From assembly GCA_963720265.1 (NCBI GenBank), contig CAVRET010000002.1:456704-520703 (forward strand): a stretch of DNA of 64,000 nucleotides, read 5' to 3'. The position numbers and the translations under genes were made by a program. The DNA is from an uncultured bacterium (lineage in GTDB: Bacteria; Patescibacteriota; Saccharimonadia; UBA4664). Positions 44,278 to 55,060 of this stretch are shown in pieces (the stretch's first letter is position 1; every line of letters begins with the position of its first letter). Below the pieces are notes generated by a model. The model made no database searches, was not told the DNA's origin, and was given only the letters and a program-made list of their open reading frames with translations.

Positions 44278-44646
44278 ATGCCAAGTAAGAAAAACGACGA
44301 CGAAGTAGCCGTGCTCGCGGCCATCGCTGTCATGCCGGAATCCGACCGTGCCATAGGCGAACGGCTGCATGCCATCATTACGGCCAGCGCTCCGGCTCTC
44401 ATGCCAAGGACGTGGTACGGAATGCCCGCCTATGCCAACCGGGACGGCAAGATTGTTTGCTTCTTCCGGAGTAAAGAAAAATTTGGCGAGCGCTATATGA
44501 CGCTTGGCTTCAACGACGTGGCAAACCTGGACGACGGAGTCATGTGGCCGATCTACTACGCGCTAACGGACGTAACCGAGCCCGTTGAGGAAAAAATTGC
44601 CGCACTCATAAAAAAAGCGGTGAATACCCGGGCACAACCAGCATGA
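44278..44646 (+). CDS. DUF1801 (YdhG-like) domain protein
   Basis: '[11 protein letters not shown]...DGKIVCFF' pattern. Confidence 0.55.
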   Translation: MPSKKNDDEVAVLAAIAVMPESDRAIGERLHAIITASAPALMPRTWYGMPAYANRDGKIVCFFRSKEKFGERYMTLGFNDVANLDDGVMWPIYYALTDVTEPVEEKIAALIKKAVNTRAQPA

Positions 44647-45020
44647 ATTGGACCGATACCGAGCTCAAAGGTATCGCCGCTGCCGACGAGCTGCAGATTG
44701 AGACCATGAGGGCTGATGGCACCTTCCGAAACCCGGTTACCATCTGGGTTGTTAGAGTAAACAACGGCATCTATGTGCGGGCAGTGGGCGGACCCACTGG
44801 CACCTGGTTCCGCCACGCGAGTGAGCGCCATCAGGCCCGCATTAGTGCGGTTGGTGTTAGTAAAGTGGTTACCCTGGCGGTAGTAACCGATGCAGACCTG
44901 AACCACGCTGTGGATACCTCCTACCGGGCCAAATATGCACATTACGGTGAACGCATTGTCGGCTCAACACTCACGGAGCAAGCGCATGCCGCCACGCTCA
45001 AGCTGGAACCGGCAGTATAA
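44643..45020 (+). CDS. DUF2255-like protein
   Basis: '[45 protein letters not shown]'. 4-nt overlap with the upstream gene. Confidence 0.55.
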   Translation: MNWTDTELKGIAAADELQIETMRADGTFRNPVTIWVVRVNNGIYVRAVGGPTGTWFRHASERHQARISAVGVSKVVTLAVVTDADLNHAVDTSYRAKYAHYGERIVGSTLTEQAHAATLKLEPAV

Positions 45021-45046
45021 TAGAAGTTATAACCGCAAGGGGAATA

Positions 45047-45961
45047 ATGCATTCAGCCATTCGCACCCAGGGCCTCACCAAGCACTATGGGTCGTTTGTG
45101 GCCTTGGCCCCACTTGATCTCGAGGTAAAACCCGGCGAAGTGCTCGGCTATCTCGGTCCGAACGGCGCTGGCAAAACCACCACTATCCGCTCGATTCTTG
45201 GCCTTATCAGGCCCACAGCCGGCCGAGCCGAGATCTTTGGCATCGATGCCTGGAGTAACAAAATTAAAGCTCACGAGCGCCTGGCCTATGTTCCGGGCGA
45301 ATCCGTGTTTTGGCCTAACCTCACCGGCGCTGAAACCATCCACCTGCTCGGCCAGCTGCATGGCAAAATCGATCCGCACTACCGAGACGAGCTCATCAAG
45401 CGCTTTGAATTCGACCCCAACAAGAAAGTCCGTACCTATTCCAAGGGTAATCGCCAAAAAATCAGCCTTATCGCCGCTTTCATGACCCGCGCCGAGTTGC
45501 TCATCATGGACGAGCCCACGAGCGGCCTCGATCCCATCATGGAGCAAGCCTTCCGCCAGACCGTGCTTGAGGCCAAGGCCGCCGGCCAAACCGTCTTTTT
45601 GTCGTCGCATATCCTGGAAGAGGTGGAAGCGCTATGCGATCGCGTTGGTATTCTGCGCGCCGGCCGCTTGGTTGAGCTGGGCACACTTGCCAAAATGCGC
45701 CACCTCTCGGCCATGACCATCGAAGCCACCTTTGCCGGCCACGCGCCGAGCATCGCCGATGTTCCAGGCGTGACTAATGTTGAGCTCACGGGCCACGTCT
45801 TGCGCTGCCAAGTGCACGGCTCGATCGAGCCACTGCTGCGCCGCCTCAGTGCGACCGATATCAAAAAATTTGTCAGCCGTGAACCATCGCTCGAAGAACT
45901 GTTCCTCGGCCTCTATGGCGACCAGGAGGTAACCAACCACGAACCGGCCCGTGAGCGCTAA
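45047..45961 (+). CDS. ABC transporter ATP-binding protein
   Basis: Walker A 'GPNGAGKTT', signature 'YSKGNRQK', Walker B 'LIMDEPTSGLD'. Confidence 0.9.
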   Translation: MHSAIRTQGLTKHYGSFVALAPLDLEVKPGEVLGYLGPNGAGKTTTIRSILGLIRPTAGRAEIFGIDAWSNKIKAHERLAYVPGESVFWPNLTGAETIHLLGQLHGKIDPHYRDELIKRFEFDPNKKVRTYSKGNRQKISLIAAFMTRAELLIMDEPTSGLDPIMEQAFRQTVLEAKAAGQTVFLSSHILEEVEALCDRVGILRAGRLVELGTLAKMRHLSAMTIEATFAGHAPSIADVPGVTNVELTGHVLRCQVHGSIEPLLRRLSATDIKKFVSREPSLEELFLGLYGDQEVTNHEPARER

Positions 45962-47609
45962 AGCCGCTACGGCATCGGCGCCACACCTGCAGCTGCAGCG
46001 CTGGCCCCGCACCGTTATCGCCCGCTTTGTGGCCAGACGCACGATCCGCAGCGCTACGTTTGTGGCCCTGGCCTTCGGCCTGTTTTGCGCCTCCAAGATT
46101 ATCGGGTATATCAAAGTTTATCCCACTGCTGCCGAGCGCATATCGGCCGCTGCCCTGCTCACGAGCAACATTGGCTTCAAGGCCCTGTTTGGCACTCCAC
46201 ACCAAGTCGAGACTGCGGCCGGCTACGGCTCCTGGTACGGTGTCACCTTGGGTGTAGTGCTCGGGGGCATCTGGGCCTACCTCGTCGCTACCCGCACCTT
46301 TCGCGGTGAAGAGGCCGCCGGCCGCTGGGAGCTAATGCTCGCCGGACTTACCACGCCCCGCCGCGCCGCCGCCAATGTCCTTGCCGGCTTGGGAGTCGGC
46401 TTGGCGCTGTTCTATGTTTTGGTTGCGCTCGCCCTCATCGCCATTGGTAAGGCCCATGGCGTCGGCTACTCGGCCGGCGCAGCACTCTATTTTGCCTTGG
46501 CAGCCACTGCATCGGCTATCATGTTCACAGCCGTGGGTGCATTTGTCAGTCAACTTATGCCTACCCGCGCCCTCGCCGCCGGACTCGCCACCGCCATTTT
46601 TGGCATCAGTTACCTCGTGCGCGCGGCCGGCGATATTACCTCGGCTCATTGGCTCGTCAATATTTCGCCGCTGGGCTGGGTTGAACTGCTCCGGCCGCTC
46701 GTAGGACCACAGCCCATCTGGCTTATACCAATAGCACTGTTCACACTAGCTCTTGTTAGCGCAACCATCTGGCTCGCCGGCCGCCACGACCTCGGTGCAT
46801 CCATTGTGGCCGACCGTGATTCTGCCCCGCCCCGCCTGTTCCTCCTGCGCGGGCCGCTTACCTCCGCCGTCCGTTTTACTCGTGGCGCCACGCTCAGCTG
46901 GCTCGCCGGCATGGCTGCCTATTTGGCATTTTTCGGTGCACTCACGGGATCCGCCGCCCAACTCCTGGGTACAGCCAGCGCCTCAACCCGCGAGATACTA
47001 GACAAGCTATCCAAAACGCAAGAAGTTGGTGCGCGGTCATTTTTGGGCATCGCCTTCTTCATTTTCATGCTTATCATCATGGCCTATGTCGCAAGCGCCG
47101 TTGCTTCAATGCGCAGCGACGAAGCCAACGGCTATCTCGACAATTTCTTGGTCCGGCCCGTGAGCCGGCAGTACTGGCTCTGGAGCCGTCTCAGCCTTAT
47201 TGTGACCACGTTGCTCGCTGCCGCCATTCTGGCAGCCACCGCCATTTGGCTCGTCTTAGGCAGTAATCACTATGGCATCACATTCCACGATCTTGTATCA
47301 GCCGGCCTCAATGCCCTGCCGGCCGCCGTTTTCACGCTTGGTGTCGCGGTCCTGGCCTTTGGTGTGCTGCCGCGCTTCACGTCGGTCATCGCCTATGGCG
47401 TGATTGTGTGGTCATTCATCGTCCAATTACTCAGCTCCGGTACGAACCTCAGCCACTGGCTGCTCGACACCTCGATTTTCACCCACGTTGCCTTTGCTCC
47501 GGCCACCGATCCCAAGTGGTCCGCCGGCTGGATATTAATACTATTGGGCGTGCTCATAGCATCAATCGGCGCCTTTGTCTTCAACCGCCGCGACCTCGCC
47601 AGCGAATAG
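45951..47609 (+). CDS. ABC-2 type transporter permease
   Basis: 552 aa with at least 10 TM helices. Overlaps the ATPase gene end. Confidence 0.8.
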   Translation: MSAKAATASAPHLQLQRWPRTVIARFVARRTIRSATFVALAFGLFCASKIIGYIKVYPTAAERISAAALLTSNIGFKALFGTPHQVETAAGYGSWYGVTLGVVLGGIWAYLVATRTFRGEEAAGRWELMLAGLTTPRRAAANVLAGLGVGLALFYVLVALALIAIGKAHGVGYSAGAALYFALAATASAIMFTAVGAFVSQLMPTRALAAGLATAIFGISYLVRAAGDITSAHWLVNISPLGWVELLRPLVGPQPIWLIPIALFTLALVSATIWLAGRHDLGASIVADRDSAPPRLFLLRGPLTSAVRFTRGATLSWLAGMAAYLAFFGALTGSAAQLLGTASASTREILDKLSKTQEVGARSFLGIAFFIFMLIIMAYVASAVASMRSDEANGYLDNFLVRPVSRQYWLWSRLSLIVTTLLAAAILAATAIWLVLGSNHYGITFHDLVSAGLNALPAAVFTLGVAVLAFGVLPRFTSVIAYGVIVWSFIVQLLSSGTNLSHWLLDTSIFTHVAFAPATDPKWSAGWILILLGVLIASIGAFVFNRRDLASE

Positions 47610-47618
47610 CCGATCCTA

Positions 47619-48887
47619 CTATTTCTTAAAGTGCAGGCCCTTAAGTCGGAGCGTTAGGATTTGGTCAGACGAAAACAGCTTGGCCGCGATCGCCATAAAC
47701 ACGATAAAGCATAAGAGCTCGTAGGCACCTCCTAGCAGTACCAGGCCATAATTGTGCACGTACAAATTCGGCATCGCCTGAAACGTATAGGTAAACGGGA
47801 TGACGTACAGTATGACCTTGAACGCCGTCGGCAGCGACGGCACATCTGTCACCAGTGTGGCCAAATAGGGAATAAGCAAGAGCACCATCAGTGGCATAAT
47901 GAGCGACTGTACGCTTTTGATGTTGTCGGCAAACGCTCCCAGCACCAATGCAATGGCGAGCGCAACCGAAATGCCCAAAAATAATACCACGCCCAGCAGT
48001 GCATAACTGCTGACCGACAAATTGAGCCCAAGCTGGCTAATCGCCGCCTTGGCGGCGACACTCAGCGATTGGCTGCCGGTAAAACTCGACTGGATGCTAT
48101 GTATGCCGTACACGTAGACGGCGGCTGTCACGCTGGCCACTGTAGCCGCCGCCAGCATCTTGGCCGCTACAATTGAGGACCTTGAGATCGGCACCGTCAG
48201 CAAGGTCTCAAGTGTCTTATTTTCTTTTTCATTGGCCATCGCCGTGGCCACCATTTGGCCGGCAAATACGATCACAATGAAGAGCACCACCGGCACAAAT
48301 GCCACCTGCGAGGCCAGGTATGAGCCAACATCGGACGGACTAACGGCCGCCACCTTGCCGCTCACTACCAAGTGTTCGTCATTTTGTACCGGCGCCAGTA
48401 CATGGGCTGGACTCATATGCGGCACAAGCCGGGCCAACCGCTCGGTAGCCACGGCAGCATTGAGTTGTGCCACCGCACCACTCACGAGGCCAGTATCGGC
48501 CAATCGCGCGATCGAAAAACCATTCTGAATCGTATACGTCTGTAAATTCGCCGGCTGGCCCGCATCAAGCGCCCGGCCAAACCCGGCCGGAATCACAATC
48601 ACGGCCTTCTCGTTGGTCGGCTTGCTAAAGTCAGGCAGCGGCGCCCGCTGCTCGAGCGTCACCGCCAGATCGTCGCTCTTGAGCTGCGCCACGACGTCCG
48701 CTGCAGTACTGGAGCCGTCATTGTCTATCACCAACACCGGCTGCGGCTTATTCTGCGTCTTGGTTTGCTGCGAGATCACTTTACCCAGGCCTATAAATAC
48801 GATCACAACCAAAATGATCGGAAGTAACGTCTGCGGCGTCACGAGTTCCCGCAGCTCTTTTACAAATAGCACCCAAAAGCGCTTCAT
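47619..48887 (-). CDS. ABC-2 type transporter permease
   Basis: 422 aa. N-terminal TM, a large periplasmic loop, and C-terminal TM bundle. 4-nt overlap with the upstream ATPase gene. Confidence 0.8.
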   Translation of the reverse strand: MKRFWVLFVKELRELVTPQTLLPIILVVIVFIGLGKVISQQTKTQNKPQPVLVIDNDGSSTAADVVAQLKSDDLAVTLEQRAPLPDFSKPTNEKAVIVIPAGFGRALDAGQPANLQTYTIQNGFSIARLADTGLVSGAVAQLNAAVATERLARLVPHMSPAHVLAPVQNDEHLVVSGKVAAVSPSDVGSYLASQVAFVPVVLFIVIVFAGQMVATAMANEKENKTLETLLTVPISRSSIVAAKMLAAATVASVTAAVYVYGIHSIQSSFTGSQSLSVAAKAAISQLGLNLSVSSYALLGVVLFLGISVALAIALVLGAFADNIKSVQSLIMPLMVLLLIPYLATLVTDVPSLPTAFKVILYVIPFTYTFQAMPNLYVHNYGLVLLGGAYELLCFIVFMAIAAKLFSSDQILTLRLKGLHFKK

Positions 48888-49606
48888 GCTTCAGCCACCC
48901 GCAAAAATACCTCCTCCAGGTTCTTGGCCTTATGCCTCTCCTTTAAAGCCTTAGCCGTTCCGACTTCTTTCAACTGGCCATGCACGATCAATCCAATCCG
49001 GTCCGACAAATACTCAACCTCAAGCATGTTATGGCTCGACAGTAGGACCGCCGTACCGCTTTTGGTTAGGTCCCGGACAATCCGCCGGATGTCGAGCGAA
49101 TTTAATACGTCGAGCCCGCTCGTCGGCTCATCCAAAATCGCCAGCCTCGGCTCGGTCATAATCGCCCGGGCAAGCAACAATTTGCGTGTCATACCCTTGC
49201 TATAGGTTCCTATTTTAGCTGTAATTTTATCGCCTAAGTCTGCAATTGCTTCCGCCCGCTGCACGTACTCAGCCCGCTTGCTAGCACTGGTCGTATACAA
49301 ACCCGCCATAAAATGCAGATAGTCCCGCCCGGTCAACGTCTTGTATGCACCCGACTCTTCCGGCAGGTAGGTAATGAGCTCCCGCACCTTGGGCGCCTCT
49401 TTCAAGACGTCAAGTTTCGCGATGGTAATATCCCCGGACGTCGGCCGCAGAATCGTCGCTATCATCCTCAGAGTCGTTGACTTACCGGCACCGTTCGGTC
49501 CCACCAAGGCAAAAATCTCGCCCGCATCAATCGAGAAGCTAACGTCTTGCACCGCCTCGGCCGAACCATAGCGCTTGCCGAGATGTTTAACCGTGAGCAC
49601 ATTCAT
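48884..49606 (-). CDS. ABC transporter ATP-binding protein
   Basis: Walker A 'GPNGAGKSTT', 'YSKGMTRK', 'ILDEPTSGLD'. Start set at the internal 'MNVLTVKHL' (cat at 49604-49606). Confidence 0.9.
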   Translation of the reverse strand: MNVLTVKHLGKRYGSAEAVQDVSFSIDAGEIFALVGPNGAGKSTTLRMIATILRPTSGDITIAKLDVLKEAPKVRELITYLPEESGAYKTLTGRDYLHFMAGLYTTSASKRAEYVQRAEAIADLGDKITAKIGTYSKGMTRKLLLARAIMTEPRLAILDEPTSGLDVLNSLDIRRIVRDLTKSGTAVLLSSHNMLEVEYLSDRIGLIVHGQLKEVGTAKALKERHKAKNLEEVFLRVAEA

Positions 49607-49625
49607 ATATCCATAGTACTCCAGA

Positions 49626-49994
49626 CTAGCGCTGGGCGAGCTGTTGCAGCGTCCAGCGGTTGCCGTCCGGGTCACTAAAGTCGGCGTGTGTCGCGCCCCA
49701 CGGCATGAGCTTGGGCTCGCCAACCTCTACCCCGCGTTCGTGCAATGAATCGCACACCGCCTTGATGTCTTTTACCACCAGCAATATGCCGTCAATAGTA
49801 CCCGGCGCCTGCTTTGAAATGCCCTCGCCTATCACAATTGAGCAAGCCGAACCCGGCGGCGTCAGCTGCACAAACCGCATCTCACCCAACCGGCTATCAA
49901 CGTCGGCGTGAAAGCCCACTTTCTCAACATAAAATGTCTTGGCCCGATCCACATCCGATACCGGTACCGGCACAAGTTCTAGTTTCATGTCCAT
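49626..49994 (-). CDS. VOC/glyoxalase-family protein
   Basis: 122 aa. 'VPVSDVDRAKTFYVEKVGF...PDGNRW'. Confidence 0.75.
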   Translation of the reverse strand: MDMKLELVPVPVSDVDRAKTFYVEKVGFHADVDSRLGEMRFVQLTPPGSACSIVIGEGISKQAPGTIDGILLVVKDIKAVCDSLHERGVEVGEPKLMPWGATHADFSDPDGNRWTLQQLAQR

Positions 49995-50007
49995 CGCAAA
50001 GCCCTCC

Positions 50008-50679
50008 TTAGCTCAAAATATTCACGGCCCGCGCCGCCACCAGCGCAATAGCGATGAGCGACACCAACGCCTGCACAAGCATAAGCATTTTCGCTCGACG
50101 CGTCAGCGGCATCGTGTCGGTCGGACTAAACGCGGTCGCATTAGTTGCCGACACATACAAGTAATCCAAAAAGGTTGGATGCCAACCGCCGTCAGTTCCG
50201 GGCATACCTGCCTGCGGAAACAAAAAGTCCTTCTGATGATGTGTTAGCGCGCGTCGCCTGCCCGGGCCTCCACCGTCCATTTCCCAGTACCACAGGCCAA
50301 ACGCGATCACATTGGTGAGATAAATGTTAATTGAAGCCAAAATCAGCGTCCGGCCGTCATCAATTTTGCCTCCGGCCAACAGCTCATTGGCTACCCGCGC
50401 CAGCGAGTAAATGTTGGCCGCACTCATGAGCGCAATCAACCCAATCGCGTTGACCCGCCTGGCCACCGACCGAAACTCCGGCAGCTTTGGTGTCGTTACG
50501 ACCAGGAGCAACAGGAGCACCGCTTCCAATGTGGACAGCAGATATTTCGGCCCCACCACCAGCCGGTCCGGCAGTGCCAGTTGCAATACCAGCGCCACCA
50601 CCACAGCCAGTTGCACATGCCACACCGGATCATAATCGTGGTGTCGGTTACCAAAAATCAGCCGTGCTGTAGCCGCCAT
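50008..50679 (-). CDS. DUF1345-like membrane protein
   Basis: 223 aa with 4-5 TM helices. Confidence 0.5.
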   Translation of the reverse strand: MAATARLIFGNRHHDYDPVWHVQLAVVVALVLQLALPDRLVVGPKYLLSTLEAVLLLLLVVTTPKLPEFRSVARRVNAIGLIALMSAANIYSLARVANELLAGGKIDDGRTLILASINIYLTNVIAFGLWYWEMDGGGPGRRRALTHHQKDFLFPQAGMPGTDGGWHPTFLDYLYVSATNATAFSPTDTMPLTRRAKMLMLVQALVSLIAIALVAARAVNILS

Positions 50680-50695
50680 ATGCTAAGCTTACAAT

Positions 50696-51310
50696 ATGTC
50701 AGCCAAGCCTGATACTCTCAAGCCAGCCGAACGCATCTACGCTTGGTTCCTCGCTCTTGCGGGGCTCATTGGGCTCATCGCCTCGTTCGTCATTACTTAT
50801 GACGAGCTTCAACTTGCCAAAAACCCCAATTACCACCCCAGCTGCTCGATCAATCCGGTAATCAGCTGCGGCAGTGTGATGCGCACGCCCCAAGCGCACG
50901 CCCTCTTCGGAATGCTCAATTCCTGGTGGGGGCTCATTGGATTTAGTGCTGTCATTGTTGCCGGTGTGAGCCTGCTTGCCGCCGGCAAACTAGCCAATTG
51001 GTATTGGCGGCTCTTCAATCTCGGCACACTGTTTGGCGTAATTTTCATCCACTGGCTCTTTTTTGAGACCGTCTATCGCATTCACGCGCTCTGTCCTTGG
51101 TGCATGGTGGTATGGGCTGTCACCATTCCGTTGTTCTTATACACTACCCTGCGCAACTTCAGAGAGGGCGTTTGGCCGACACCGGGGCCTTTGCGCGGGT
51201 TTATCACATTCCTGCAAAGCTACAAAAACCTGATTCTCGTCCTGTGGTATCTCACCATCATTCTGCTAATCTTGCATCACTTCTGGTACTACTTTAAGAC
51301 CGTTATCTAA
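50696..51310 (+). CDS. Vitamin K epoxide reductase (VKOR) family protein
   Basis: Loop Cys pair 'CSINPVISC' and active-site 'CPWC' within a 4-TM core. Confidence 0.8.
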   Translation: MSAKPDTLKPAERIYAWFLALAGLIGLIASFVITYDELQLAKNPNYHPSCSINPVISCGSVMRTPQAHALFGMLNSWWGLIGFSAVIVAGVSLLAAGKLANWYWRLFNLGTLFGVIFIHWLFFETVYRIHALCPWCMVVWAVTIPLFLYTTLRNFREGVWPTPGPLRGFITFLQSYKNLILVLWYLTIILLILHHFWYYFKTVI

Positions 51311-51389
51311 GGCAAAGACCCTCAAACACAACTCGAGCCCCTCCTCGTAACTCGAGTTGGGGCTCGTATGAACGAAGACAGTGCTTCAT

Positions 51390-51950
51390 TCATTGCTTAA
51401 TACAGGCAAAAACGGACGGGTTCGACCGATCGTTCTCCGGCTGCCAGGCGCTGCCATAACGATTCTGGCACCACCGCAGTAGATCGCTCATTGCCAGAAA
51501 GCCGTCGCCGGGTGCGCACTGCGCAACCGCGCTCGATCCAGAACTATCCGGTACTGCGGTCGTGCCGGGATAGACCCAAGCGCAAGCCGCATCCAGGTTG
51601 ATGCCGTGAGCAGACACCGGGGCGAGCGACGAGGCGCTGACAACCGGTGTCGGACTTGGCGTCACCTCGGTAGCGGTCGCTGTAGGCGTTGGCGATGCCA
51701 TCGCGGTGCTCGTGGTGGCTGCCGGTGTAAGCGTTGCAGCCGCCGTTGTCGTGCCCGCGCTTGGTGTTAGCGCCGGCGACGTTGTTGCCGTCGCCGAACT
51801 TGTAGCCTGCGAGCTGGCAGTGTTAGGGCTCGAAGGGTGAGGGACGAGTCTAAACACGGCGTAGGCGATTATCGCCAATACTACGACGAGCACTGCGCCC
51901 TGAATTATCCATCTGCGCCATCGCCGGAACCATCCGTGGTGGGTTGCCAC
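51390..51950 (-). CDS. Membrane-anchored or secreted Thr/Ala/Pro-rich hypothetical protein
   Basis: N-terminal TM, a long T/A/S low-complexity linker, and a Cys-containing C-terminal domain. Confidence 0.5.
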   Translation of the reverse strand: MATHHGWFRRWRRWIIQGAVLVVVLAIIAYAVFRLVPHPSSPNTASSQATSSATATTSPALTPSAGTTTAAATLTPAATTSTAMASPTPTATATEVTPSPTPVVSASSLAPVSAHGINLDAACAWVYPGTTAVPDSSGSSAVAQCAPGDGFLAMSDLLRWCQNRYGSAWQPENDRSNPSVFACIKQ

Positions 51951-52033
51951 CGGATCACCCCCACTCTCATGTCGAATACCAATCTATGATAGATCTACAA
52001 AATAATACAATGTAATACGAAAAAAAGCAAGAT

Positions 52034-52780
52034 TCAGTCTGAAAACGAAATATTGTCCCATAAAACCAAACTGAGCCCCAACCAGGGGCCCAGATTCGGG
52101 CGGCCCGGTTGAGGCTCGCAGGGGAGTAAGCTCCCCGATGGAACGCAGACGCTGCCGTTCCAGGTCCAGTTGTCGCCCTGAACCGTCGCGCAAGCTTGCG
52201 AATCCGGGTACGTATATTCGAATACGCCCCCAGTCGGGCACGGCACGATACAGGTAAACGTCTGCGCGCTGTCGTCGCTTTCCACCTTCGTCCATCCCGG
52301 CTGCAACTGATTACAGGCCGCGTAGACCTGCAGTGACGCACTCAGTACGGGTGCCGAGGTTGTCGGTTGCGCCTCAGGTGTCGGCTGCTGAACATACGAT
52401 GTTGACGACTGCGGTGCCGGCGCGGTCACAGGCGGCTGCGTGATCGTTTGCGTAGCAGTTGTGGTTGTCGTGATCGGCAAAATGATCGTGGTTGAACCAG
52501 TCGCAGGTTGCGCGATGTATGTCACGTTCGTGTGCGGCACCGAATCCGCCTTCACGATCGCCAATGCAACAAGGGCGAGAACAACCAAACCCGCAAGGGC
52601 CAGTAGTACGCCCAAAACCGTCGCCAGCCCGGAGGGGCCCCGGCGTACAATCCGGGTCTCCCGCGGCCGTGGCTCGCGTCCGCGACCATAGTAATCCCAG
52701 CCGGAGCCACCGGCCTCTTCCTCGGCAGGAAGCAGCGGTGCGTGGTGGCCCCCACCATGATGGGCAGTCATGACGACCAC
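52034..52780 (-). CDS. Membrane-anchored hypothetical protein with a T/Q/P-rich linker and Cys-rich C-terminal domain
   Basis: Similar architecture to the previous gene (possible paralog). Confidence 0.5.
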   Translation of the reverse strand: MVVMTAHHGGGHHAPLLPAEEEAGGSGWDYYGRGREPRPRETRIVRRGPSGLATVLGVLLALAGLVVLALVALAIVKADSVPHTNVTYIAQPATGSTTIILPITTTTTATQTITQPPVTAPAPQSSTSYVQQPTPEAQPTTSAPVLSASLQVYAACNQLQPGWTKVESDDSAQTFTCIVPCPTGGVFEYTYPDSQACATVQGDNWTWNGSVCVPSGSLLPCEPQPGRPNLGPWLGLSLVLWDNISFSD

Positions 52781-52936
52781 CTCGCTTTCAATCTAGTCAT
52801 ACACAACGATTATGTACGGCACCATAATATATCAATTTCGTCAATAGGTCAAGCAAAAGCACCGCCTAACTATTGACATAACGATATATCGGGATGTATA
52901 TTTAGATGTAATTAACGATATATCACGACCTATCGC

Positions 52937-53500
52937 ATGCGCTACTTTCACGCCAATCCAAAATTTGATTTCACCGACTGGGCCGACTTCGCCCGCGCGG
53001 GCTCCTGGCGGCACGGCTGGGGCGGCGGCTCGTTCCAGGCCAGGCGCGGGGATATTCGCCCGATCTTGCTGGGCGTATTAGCCGAGCGGCCCATGCACGG
53101 GTATGAGATTATTCGCTATCTTGAAGACCGAAGTCACGGCCTCTGGCGGCCCAGTCCCGGATCAGTTTACCCAACGCTCCAGTTGCTCGAAGAAGAGGAA
53201 CTGGTGCGCAGCCACGACGAAGGGGGGAAGAAAATCTACGAACTCACGGATCGCGGACGAGATGAGGCCAAAGCCGCTCAGTCCACCGACCACTTTGAGC
53301 GTGGGCGTGAGCACTTTGAACGCCTGGGCGAGATTTACGCTGTGATCGCCGGCGTCGTTGGTCCGTTTAAGCGGCTGGCTAGCCGCGGTCCCGGACCCGA
53401 GTTTGACCAGGCTATGCAGATTATGAACGATACCAGCGCCAAGCTCATCGCTTTGCTTGAGCAGAGGCCCGCCCACAAGCCGGACGGTGCCGATGCCTAA
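52937..53500 (+). CDS. PadR family transcriptional regulator
   Basis: 'ILLGVLAERPMHGYEIIRYLEDRSHGLWRPSPGSVYPTLQLLEEEELV'. Confidence 0.8.
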   Translation: MRYFHANPKFDFTDWADFARAGSWRHGWGGGSFQARRGDIRPILLGVLAERPMHGYEIIRYLEDRSHGLWRPSPGSVYPTLQLLEEEELVRSHDEGGKKIYELTDRGRDEAKAAQSTDHFERGREHFERLGEIYAVIAGVVGPFKRLASRGPGPEFDQAMQIMNDTSAKLIALLEQRPAHKPDGADA

Positions 53501-54317
53501 AACCTCCGGTTCAGCGGGGGTCGAGCCGATTATTCGCCTCGACCACGTCACCAAACGCTTTGGGAGCATTACGGCTGTGAACGACATCAGCTTCGAAGTT
53601 GCGCCCAGCGAACTATTCGCCTTTCTCGGCCCCAATGGCGCCGGCAAATCCACGACCATCAAGATGCTCACCGCGCTCCTGCGGCCGACCTCCGGCACAA
53701 TTACGCTGGCCGGCTACAACGTTGCCCGCGAGCCCGATAGCGCGCGCAAGAGTTTCGGTATCGTGTTCCAGGACCCAAGTGTCGATAGTGAACTCACCGC
53801 CTACGAGAATATGGAGCTCCACGCCGCGCTCTACGGCGTGCCAACCTCCCGTCGTCGCGCCCGCATTAATGAATTGCTAAAACTCATGGAGCTCGACGAC
53901 CGCGCTGGAAGCTATGTGAAGACCTTCTCCGGCGGCATGATCCGTCGCCTCGAAATCGCTCGCGGTCTGCTCCATCAGCCCAAAATCCTGTTCCTTGACG
54001 AGCCTACCCTTGGCCTGGATACCCAAACCCGCAACCTGCTCTGGGCCTATGTTAAAAAACTCAACCACGATACCGGTATGACCGTCTTCTTCACCACCCA
54101 TTATCTCGAAGAGGCCGAAGAAGTGGCGGGCCGCATTGCCATCATCGATCACGGCAAAATCATCGCCAATGGCACCGCCGCCGAGCTGACGGCCCAAACC
54201 CACACCGATACGCTCGAAAACGCCTACCTCGCCCTTACTGGCACTGGTATTCGCGATGAGCAAGCCGACTCCAATAGCCCTATGCAGATGCGCGCCATGC
54301 GAGGGCTGCGCCGATGA
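53493..54317 (+). CDS. ABC transporter ATP-binding protein
   Basis: 'GPNGAGKSTT', 'FSGGMIRRLEIA', 'LFLDEPTLGLD'. Start set at the internal Met, with an 8-nt overlap with PadR. Confidence 0.9.
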   Translation: MPKTSGSAGVEPIIRLDHVTKRFGSITAVNDISFEVAPSELFAFLGPNGAGKSTTIKMLTALLRPTSGTITLAGYNVAREPDSARKSFGIVFQDPSVDSELTAYENMELHAALYGVPTSRRRARINELLKLMELDDRAGSYVKTFSGGMIRRLEIARGLLHQPKILFLDEPTLGLDTQTRNLLWAYVKKLNHDTGMTVFFTTHYLEEAEEVAGRIAIIDHGKIIANGTAAELTAQTHTDTLENAYLALTGTGIRDEQADSNSPMQMRAMRGLRR

Positions 54318-55060
54318 ACATCATTTACATCCTCTGGTTGCGCCAGATTAAGCGCTACCTGCGTTCCCGCTCGCGCGTGCTTGGCGCCATCGGCCAGCCG
54401 CTCCTTTTTCTGCTTGCGCTCGGCTACGGCCTCGGCTCTGTTTTTAAGCGTGCCGGCCAGGGCAACTACCTGCAGTTTCTTGTGCCCGGCATTATTGCCC
54501 AGACCATTCTCTTCTCAGCTGTCTTCTGGGGCATTCAAATTATTTGGGACAAACAATTTGGCTTTCTTAAAGAAACCCTGGTCGCACCCGTGTCACGGCT
54601 CAAAATCATGATCGGCAGCGCGCTCGGCGGGGCCACCTTGGCTGCCTTCCAGGGTGTGCTCGTGCTCGTAATATCGTTTGTGCTCGGCTTTCGTCCCTCC
54701 AATTGGGCGCTCATCCCGGCCGCGCTCGTTATTATGGCTGTGCTGTCCATCGCTCTGGCTTGCTTCGGCGCCGGCATCGCTTCCATCGTGAACGACTTCC
54801 AAGGCTTCCAGGCGATTAACCAGTTCATCGTCTTTCCACTCTACTTCCTGTCCGGCGCCATTTATCCGCTCGTTGGCATTCCGCTCGTACTCAAAATAAT
54901 CTCCACCCTCAATCCGCTCAGCTACGCAATCGACGGCCTGCGCGCCGTGCTCATCGGCCAATCGCACTTCAACCTGGGCCTAGACCTGCTTGTGCTTGGT
55001 GGCACTGCGTTGTTGCTGATGGCTTTCGGTGCCATCGCCTTCCGCCGCATCGAGGCTTGA
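54314..55060 (+). CDS. ABC-2 type transporter permease
   Basis: 248 aa, 6 TM helices. 4-nt overlap with the ATPase gene. Confidence 0.85.
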   Translation: MNIIYILWLRQIKRYLRSRSRVLGAIGQPLLFLLALGYGLGSVFKRAGQGNYLQFLVPGIIAQTILFSAVFWGIQIIWDKQFGFLKETLVAPVSRLKIMIGSALGGATLAAFQGVLVLVISFVLGFRPSNWALIPAALVIMAVLSIALACFGAGIASIVNDFQGFQAINQFIVFPLYFLSGAIYPLVGIPLVLKIISTLNPLSYAIDGLRAVLIGQSHFNLGLDLLVLGGTALLLMAFGAIAFRRIEA